From positions 2,823 to 66,822 of the forward strand of contig JBEGVQ010000191.1 of NCBI GenBank assembly GCA_041178345.1: 64,000 nt of DNA, read 5' to 3'. This stretch comes from Acidobacteriota bacterium (GTDB lineage Bacteria > Acidobacteriota > Vicinamibacteria > Vicinamibacterales > UBA2999). A program made the position numbers and the translations under genes. Positions 58,646-64,000 of this stretch are shown piece by piece (within the stretch, counting starts at the first letter, position 1; every line of letters begins with the position of its first letter). Below the pieces are notes generated by a model that searched no databases, was not told the origin of the DNA, and saw only the letters and a program-made list of their open reading frames with translations.

Positions 58646-59044
58646 CTACACGTGCGGGAACTTGGGGTTCCACGCCACCTCCCACAGGAACCCATCGGGA
58701 TCCGAGAAGTAGCCGGCGTAGCCACCCCAGTCGGTGTGATGCCCGGCCTTGACCCGCTTGCCGCCGCCGGCCGCGGCGTGCGCGAGGAGCGCGTCCACCT
58801 CTTCAATTGTTCGCACGTTGTGCGCGAGCGCAAACCCCGGGAACCCTGACCCGGCGGCCGGCACGCCCGCATCGGCCGCCAGCGCCTCGCGCGGGTAGAG
58901 CGACAGCCATGTCTTCCCCATCTCGAAGAACGCCACGGTCGGCGGCGTCGGCTTCTGCGGCAGGCCAAGCACGTCGCGATAGAAGCGCGTGGCGCGATCC
59001 AGGTCGGTGACGCCAAGGGTGATGAACGAGACGCGTGGTTCCAT
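58646..59044 (-). CDS. VOC/glyoxalase-family protein
   Basis: 132 aa with MEPRVSFITLGVTDLDRATRFYRDVLGL. Confidence 0.88.
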   Translation of the reverse strand: MEPRVSFITLGVTDLDRATRFYRDVLGLPQKPTPPTVAFFEMGKTWLSLYPREALAADAGVPAAGSGFPGFALAHNVRTIEEVDALLAHAAAGGGKRVKAGHHTDWGGYAGYFSDPDGFLWEVAWNPKFPHV

Positions 59045-59268
59045 CCGGCTAGCCTAGCTTGACCGCCCTCGGTTGAGCGCTGGTATCGCAGGGGGGCGGT
59101 GAGGTGTCCGACCGTCAGTTCATATTGCGCCAGGCGTGACCCGACTTGTCGTGGGCGCGTGGGAAGTGACGGGATTATACAGGCGAAGCCTGGCCGTAGG
59201 TCATAATGGGCCGCCCTCGACGCTCAGGAGAGGGCCACGTCCCCCCGGTCGCTAAAGGAGAGTTGTGC

Positions 59269-59727
59269 ATGAATACGCGCGTCCTCGTCCTCGTCGGCGT
59301 CATGTTGCTGCCCGTCAATGCGCTTGCCCAGGCGAAGGACCCCATTGCCGGGGCCTGGGAGCAGGTGTCATCGAAGAACCTCACCACCGGAGAGTCGCAA
59401 CAGCCAGCCACGCCTCCGCTTCACCTGATCTACAGCGATGGTCACTACGTGCAGTTCACGGCGGCGGCAAACCGCGCCAAGGGCAACACGCCTCGAGCGC
59501 AGATGACAAAGGAGCAATTGATCGAACGGTATAACTTGCAGGGCCAATACGGCACCTACCGCGTCGCGGGTAGCAAGTTGACTCGCAAGATCATCAGCGC
59601 CGCTGCTCCCGACAACGAGGGACGGGAGAGCACCACCGATTTCCGCACCGAGGGCGACATGCTCATCGTTGTCAGCAAGAACGCGGACGGACAGTCGACC
59701 GAGGCGCGTTACCGGAGGCTGAAATAG
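59269..59727 (+). CDS. Exported lipocalin-like domain protein
   Basis: ATG 59269 with AAAGGAGAG SD and signal MNTRVLVLVGVMLLPVNALAQA. Carries GAWEQVS...YVQF...GTYRV, a lipocalin-like beta pattern. Confidence 0.7.
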   Translation: MNTRVLVLVGVMLLPVNALAQAKDPIAGAWEQVSSKNLTTGESQQPATPPLHLIYSDGHYVQFTAAANRAKGNTPRAQMTKEQLIERYNLQGQYGTYRVAGSKLTRKIISAAAPDNEGRESTTDFRTEGDMLIVVSKNADGQSTEARYRRLK

Positions 59728-59753
59728 TTTCACACGCCCGATACGGACGTTAA

Positions 59754-59790
59754 CCACGGGGGCACGGAGGATTTCGTCCGTGCCCCGTGG
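59754..59790 (+). terminator. Strong hairpin after the lipocalin-like gene
   Basis: CCACGGGG(G)CACGGA-ggatttcg-TCCGTGCCCCGTGG gives a 14-bp stem with a one-base bulge. No U tract. Confidence 0.45.
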
Positions 59791-59882
59791 CCCGACGTGG
59801 GTCGCTGCCAACTCTGCCGTCCAGGGCCCGGCCGTCCGGTTCTATCCGTGCGTTGAAGCCGGGTGCCGTGATCGGCAATGGA

Positions 59883-59958
59883 CGATCGACCGTATTAGCG
59901 GCCTCTCCTGGTGACGGAACGCCCGTTCCCAGTCTCTGCGCGGACGAAGCTGCCTCCC
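59883..59958. repeat. 76-nt repeat, copy A
   Basis: 69 of 76 positions are identical to 63640-63715 in the same orientation by manual alignment. Contains the palindrome GGAACG-cc-CGTTCC (59916-59929). Confidence 0.65.
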
Positions 59959-60023
59959 AGGGCCCACCACGCAGGGCGCATTTCGGGTCTGGCGACCGTC
60001 AGGGGCGAGGCGCGGGAGGGGCG

Positions 60024-60218
60024 CATCTCGGGCACGCCGGCCGGCAGACCCAAGTGCCGCGGAATGCGCTGATTCACCGCACTGTCCTCAGTCAGCGCCG
60101 CGAGTGTCAGCTGGCCCGCGCAACGCGGACACGCCAGGAGGTCGAAGCCAAAGCCGCGCTGCATGAGTCGGCCCAGGTCCGATTGCGAAGCCGCTCGGAT
60201 GGCGGCGTGCCGTCCCTG
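60024..60218 (-). pseudogene. C-terminal remnant of an IS91-family (rolling-circle) transposase
   Basis: The frame reads SDLGRLMQRGFGFDLLACPRCAGQLTLAALTEDSAVNQRIPRHLGLPAGVPE. It resembles the conserved C-terminal zinc-ribbon region of IS91-type transposases (from memory). It is cut off by a stop at 60219-60221 and only about 65 codons remain. Confidence 0.45.
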
Positions 60219-62838
60219 TCACCAGAACGATGACCAGCGCAGCTATAATGCGCCAACGCCAGTGACTCTCGCACCCGGTAGTCTGCTCGGCGCCTACCAA
60301 GTCATCGGCCCGCTCGGCGCGGGCGGGATGGGCGAAGTCGCGCTCGCCCTCGACACCCGGCTGGGCCGCCGCGTCGCCTTGAAAAGCGTGCTCTCGGACG
60401 CCGCCGGCACCCCCGAGGCGCGTCGTCGCATGCTCCGGGAAGCACGCGCCATCGCCAGCCTCACGCATCCGAACATCGCCGCCATTTACGACGTGCTTGA
60501 AATCGAGGACGCCGGATACATCGTGATGGAGTACGTGGAGGGGCAGACGCTCAGCGCGCGCTTGCGTGAGGGTGCGTTGCCCCCGGCGGACGCGCTCGCG
60601 CTGGCGTCGCAACTGGCCGCGACGCTGGCCTTTGCGCACGCCCGCGGCATTGTTCACCGCGACTTGAAGCCCGGCAACTTGATCCTGACGCCGGAAGGCA
60701 CGCTGAAGGTGCTCGATTTCGGCCTCGCGCGCGTCGGCACGGCCGCGACTGGCGACGACAATCCGACGCTGACCCAGCACACCTACAGCGGGCAAATGGT
60801 GGGGACGCCCGGCTACAGCGCGCCGGAACAGTTGATCGGCGTCGAGACCGATCATCGGGCCGACATCTACGGCGTCGGGGTGGTGCTGTTCGAGATGTTG
60901 ACGGGACGCCGGGCGTTCGTCGAGAAGAGTCAAGTCGAGCGCGTGGCGGCGGCGGTCGCGGGCGAGGTGCCCTCCGCGCGTTCGATCGATGGCACCATCC
61001 CGATCGCCGTCGAGCAGGTGATTGCCAGGGCCATGGCGCGGCAACCATCGGCCCGTTACCAGTCGGCGGCGGAACTGGCCGCCGCGTTGCGCGCCGCCGC
61101 CGACGCGGTGGCGCCGACCGTCAGCATTGTCCGCCCCGCGCGTCATCGTCACTTCGCCAAGGGGGTCGTGGCCGTGGTCGCGCTGTTGTTGGCCGGCAGC
61201 GCCGCGGTGTGGCGGTTCACGGCACCGTCCGCCGGTTCGTCACCCGTCGCCGCCGTGGGGCTGGCCAGCGTTGCCGTGCTGCCGCTGGATAACCTCAGTG
61301 GCGACACGACACGCGAGTTTGTGGGCGTGGGCATGGCCGAGACGATCAGCACCAGCCTCGCGGCGATGCCGGCGCTGGTCGTGGTCTCGCCGGCGGAAGT
61401 TCGCCGCAGCCAGGCGGCCGCGGCGACGCCAGCCTTGCTGGCGGCGAAGCTGGGCGTCGCCTACGTCGTGGGCGGCAGCGTCCAGCAGGCGGGCGAGCAA
61501 CTTGGTGTGAACCTCCAGCTGCTCGATGCCAGCGGCCGGGTCATGTGGGCCGAGCGATTCGAGGGACGCCTCGCCGACCTGTTCGACTTGCAACGCCGAA
61601 TGGCCGACGGCATCGGCGCGGCGCTGCGGGTGAACACGGACGCGGCGGCGCCGGCCGCGGTGGCAGCCGCGGCGGCGGCAACGCCCGCGGCATTGGCTGC
61701 CTACTGGCAGGGCCGCATCCTGCTCGACGAGCGCGATCGCGCGGGCAACGTCGAGCGCGCCGTGGAGGCCTTCCAGCGGGCCATCAGCACCGACACCTCG
61801 CTGGCGCTCGCGCACGCCGGACTCGGTGAGGCGTACTGGGCTCTTTACGCGCAGACCAAGGACCCCGAGTTCACGCAGCGGGCCATCGCCGCCGGTCTCG
61901 ATGCGATCCGCCTGGCGCCCGACGAACCCCAGGCGCACTATACGCTGGCCGTCATCTACCAGGGCAGCGGCCGCATTGCGGATGCGACGGACGAACTCCG
62001 CCGCGTGCAGGCCTTGCGTCCCAATCACGTGGACGCGCCACGATTGCTGGGCAGCATCCTGGCGGAGCAGGGCCGGGTCGACGATGCGATTGCCGAGTTC
62101 AACAAGGCCATCGCGCTGCGTCCCAACTACGCGGAGAACTACAGCCAGCTCGGCGTGGTGCTGTATAACGCCAGCCGGTTCACCGAGGCGGAGCCCGTGT
62201 TGAAGCGGGTCGCCGAGCTCTCGCCCGACAGCCCGCGCGGATTCCAGCAACTCGGGACGCTCTACCAGGCGATGGGCGACCAGGCACGCGCGCTCGACGC
62301 GTACCAGAAGTCGGTGGCGCGCAATCCCTACGCGCTCACCTTCTCGAACATCGGCACCATCCTGTATGCCCAGGGCCGTTTCGCCGAAGCCGCTGATGCG
62401 TATCAGCAGGCGTTGGCGCTGTCGCCCAACCGCCCGGTGCCGCACCGCAACCTCGGCGACGCGTACCTGCGGCTTGGCCGCACGGCGGACGCCCGCGCGG
62501 CCTACCAGCGCGCGCTGGACCTGACCGCGGCCGAACTGCGCGTCAATCCGAAAGATGCGCAAAACCTGTCGCGCCTGGCCGTATATGAGGCTAAGCTGGG
62601 CCGGTCGGCAGACGCCGAGCGCCACCTCGCGGAGGCGGCGAAGCTGGCTCCCGGCGATGGCGCGGTGCTGTTTCGTGCGTCGGTCGTCTACGCGTTAGGA
62701 AAGAAGCCGGCACCGGCGCTGCAATCACTGAAAGACGCCATCGCCAGAGGTTACGCCGTCGCCGTGGTCAAGGCCGACGACGATCTGGCGTCGCTGCGAT
62801 CGTTGCCCGCGTTCCAGGCGCTCGTGCAAGAGAAGTAA
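60163..62838 (+). CDS. Ser/Thr protein kinase with TM, periplasmic-like domain and C-terminal TPR array
   Basis: Carries GAGGMGEV, VALK, HRDLKPGN, DFGLA and GTPGYSAPE, then TM VVAVVALLLAGSAAVW and more than 8 TPR-like repeats. The true start is probably GTG 60262 (VTLAPGSLLG), 12 nt after TATAAT at 60244-60249. Confidence 0.9.
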   Translation: MSRPRSDCEAARMAACRPCHQNDDQRSYNAPTPVTLAPGSLLGAYQVIGPLGAGGMGEVALALDTRLGRRVALKSVLSDAAGTPEARRRMLREARAIASLTHPNIAAIYDVLEIEDAGYIVMEYVEGQTLSARLREGALPPADALALASQLAATLAFAHARGIVHRDLKPGNLILTPEGTLKVLDFGLARVGTAATGDDNPTLTQHTYSGQMVGTPGYSAPEQLIGVETDHRADIYGVGVVLFEMLTGRRAFVEKSQVERVAAAVAGEVPSARSIDGTIPIAVEQVIARAMARQPSARYQSAAELAAALRAAADAVAPTVSIVRPARHRHFAKGVVAVVALLLAGSAAVWRFTAPSAGSSPVAAVGLASVAVLPLDNLSGDTTREFVGVGMAETISTSLAAMPALVVVSPAEVRRSQAAAATPALLAAKLGVAYVVGGSVQQAGEQLGVNLQLLDASGRVMWAERFEGRLADLFDLQRRMADGIGAALRVNTDAAAPAAVAAAAAATPAALAAYWQGRILLDERDRAGNVERAVEAFQRAISTDTSLALAHAGLGEAYWALYAQTKDPEFTQRAIAAGLDAIRLAPDEPQAHYTLAVIYQGSGRIADATDELRRVQALRPNHVDAPRLLGSILAEQGRVDDAIAEFNKAIALRPNYAENYSQLGVVLYNASRFTEAEPVLKRVAELSPDSPRGFQQLGTLYQAMGDQARALDAYQKSVARNPYALTFSNIGTILYAQGRFAEAADAYQQALALSPNRPVPHRNLGDAYLRLGRTADARAAYQRALDLTAAELRVNPKDAQNLSRLAVYEAKLGRSADAERHLAEAAKLAPGDGAVLFRASVVYALGKKPAPALQSLKDAIARGYAVAVVKADDDLASLRSLPAFQALVQEK

Positions 62839-62863
62839 CCCCCCAGTGAGATTGGAGAGCGGA

Positions 62864-63265
62864 ATGAGAAGCAAAGACTGGCTGTCGATTGGCGCCGTGG
62901 CATTCGTGCTGTGCATCGTGGCGGCGCCGGGCCTGGCTCAAGGGCCCGTGCAGCACACCATCAACGTGAGCGTTCGTGCCGGCTCGCCGTGCTCGCTCAG
63001 CACGGACCTGCCCAATGATCGGCTGCGCGCCCGCCCGGGCGATCGCATCGTCCTGCAGGTGGCGGGCAACATCCCGAATTCGTGCGGCGTGGCGGATGGC
63101 GCCCGTCCCGGAATGGCCGACTTCAAGATGAACGGCCAGGCCGTGGCGCCTCCCGTCGCGAATAATGACGGCGTCTACGTGGTGAACAACGGCCGCAACG
63201 GCCTGTACAAGTTCTCGGTCGTGCTTGGCCGCCTGGTGCTCGATCCCGAGCTGGAAATCAACTAA
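62864..63265 (+). CDS. Small exported protein, unknown function
   Basis: ATG 62864 with GGAGAG SD and signal MRSKDWLSIGAVAFVLCIVAAPGLAQG. Beta-rich mature part of about 107 aa. Begins 25 nt after the kinase stop. Confidence 0.6.
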   Translation: MRSKDWLSIGAVAFVLCIVAAPGLAQGPVQHTINVSVRAGSPCSLSTDLPNDRLRARPGDRIVLQVAGNIPNSCGVADGARPGMADFKMNGQAVAPPVANNDGVYVVNNGRNGLYKFSVVLGRLVLDPELEIN

Positions 63266-63307
63266 CCGGCCGCCGGAAATCCCGCGCGCCGGCGGCCATG
63301 GTTCGTG

Positions 63308-63338
63308 GTGCGGATGCGGACGTCGTCCGCATCCGCAC
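63308..63338. repeat. Perfect 31-nt palindrome (15-bp arms)
   Basis: GTGCGGATGCGGACG-t-CGTCCGCATCCGCAC, 43 nt after the small-protein stop. Confidence 0.8.
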
Positions 63339-63639
63339 GGTCACCGTGATCACCGGCGTGCGCAGCGTGGGAAGCCGGTCGTGCCAGTCGCGCGATAATT
63401 CGCGCGTCCCCCAAAGCGTGGCAATCTCCGGGTACGCAGCCGTCGCCAAGTCTCGCCTACGAATGGTGATGGCGACCCTGGACTTGCGATGACGGAAGCT
63501 GTCGATGCACTTGGCATCGCGTTGCAAGTCACCTCAGCCCTCGATGCGCTGGGCGTGATCACCCACGCCACAACTCATGGCGCATCCGACCTGCTCGCAC
63601 GCGCGTTGAGACCGAGCGTCTCCTCCTGACCTGTTGAGG

Positions 63640-63715
63640 CGATAGACCGCATTAGCGACCTCTTCTGCTGACGGAACGCCCGTTCTCAGGCTCTGCGCGG
63701 ACGAAGCTGCCTCCC
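63640..63715. repeat. 76-nt repeat, copy B
   Basis: Direct-orientation copy of 59883-59958 (7 mismatches). The internal palindrome is degraded here (GGAACGCCCGTTCT). Confidence 0.65.
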
Positions 63716-63743
63716 GACCACGGCGCCCTTCGCCCCCCGCGGG

Positions 63744-64000
63744 TCAGGGGGGCGTAAACTGGGCGACGGCGTCGATGACGCGCTCGATTTCGATGTCGGT
63801 CATGTCGGTGAAAAACGGCAGCCTGATTAAACGGTCGCTGGCGCTTTCCGTCACTGGGCAATCGCCGGGCCGCCCACCGAAACGCTTGCCCATGTCGGAA
63901 AGGTGCAGGGGCAGGTAGTGAAAGACGCTGCCGATCCCCCACTCCTTCAGGTGCCGGATCAGCCCATCGCGTGCCTCGAGGGACGGCATCAGCAGGTAGA
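63744..64000 (-). CDS. DegT/WecE-family sugar aminotransferase, C-terminal part (gene continues past window end)
   Basis: The C-terminus RDGLIRHLKEWGIGSVFHYLPLHLSDMGKRFGG...DRLIRLPFFTDMTDIEIERVIDAV is typical of the dTDP-4-amino-sugar transaminase family. Confidence 0.8.
   Translation of the reverse strand, partial: YLLMPSLEARDGLIRHLKEWGIGSVFHYLPLHLSDMGKRFGGRPGDCPVTESASDRLIRLPFFTDMTDIEIERVIDAVAQFTPP

Noticed and set aside
59045-59268. 224-nt spacer before the lipocalin-like gene, examined as a possible riboswitch or ncRNA.
   Set aside because: Only weak, interrupted pairings were found and no recognisable riboswitch core. It probably holds just the divergent promoters (for example CATAAT at 59202-59207).
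63339-63639. Small ORFs in the gap after the kinase cassette: 63298..63492(+), 63258..63527(-), and a 46-codon ORF from ATG 63489 (MTEAVDALGIALQVTSALDALGV...) faintly reminiscent of nucleotidyltransferase N-termini.
   Set aside because: They overlap one another, have no SD and match no family motif I can defend. They are possibly decayed gene fragments, but I cannot support an annotation.

Overview
This is 64 kb of a high-GC bacterial chromosome that is almost fully coding, with about 58 CDS. I found no rRNA, tRNA, CRISPR array or intact mobile element. The protein content suggests a soil Acidobacteriota-like organism, but that is inference only. It includes PSCyt-like haem c domains, an exported CotH, a Bat/MoxR-VWA operon, an FtsI with a PASTA tail and a fused E1 alpha/beta.

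Layout:
(1) 1-17.4 kb, minus strand: complete dcw cluster mraZ-rsmH-ftsL-ftsI-murE-murF-mraY-murD-ftsW-murG-murC-ftsQ-ftsA-ftsZ, followed by a radical SAM gene. The cluster has a recognisable Pmra promoter and triple GTGGA repeats. A 346-nt structured gap separates murD and ftsW.
(2) 17.7-24.1 kb, plus strand: three GT2 glycosyltransferases, a sugar epimerase/dehydratase, a DegT aminotransferase, a Pro-rich exported protein and a GNAT.
(3) 24.2-33.4 kb: yqeY-like gene, murJ, MFS transporter, rhomboid, LemA-like gene, cupin, fused E1 alpha/beta dehydrogenase, a propeller-like protein and an HYR+SGNH lipoprotein.
(4) 33.4-40.8 kb: Bacillus-style beta-oxidation operon fadR-fadN-(two alpha/beta hydrolases)-fadA-fadE, with a FadR-box palindrome on its promoter.
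(5) 40.8-49.8 kb: membrane sulfatase-family protein, class A beta-lactamase-like protein, an operon of metallophosphoesterase, second RsmH paralogue, Tat-exported PLP enzyme and CMD, and a divergent CotH.
(6) 49.9-52.3 kb: a haem c domain fused to a PHM-like copper-monooxygenase ligand pattern, plus an exported partner. This is my best candidate for something undescribed.
(7) 52.5-58.6 kb: MoxR-DUF58-VWA (Bat-like) operon.
(8) 58.6-64 kb: VOC protein, lipocalin-like protein, then a Ser/Thr kinase-TPR cassette. The cassette is bracketed by two 76-nt direct repeats and lies next to an IS91-type transposase remnant. The window ends in a partial WecE-like aminotransferase.

Many long ORFs in the supplied track are GC-shadow artefacts or upstream over-extensions. 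I re-evaluated start codons by eye and they remain provisional.
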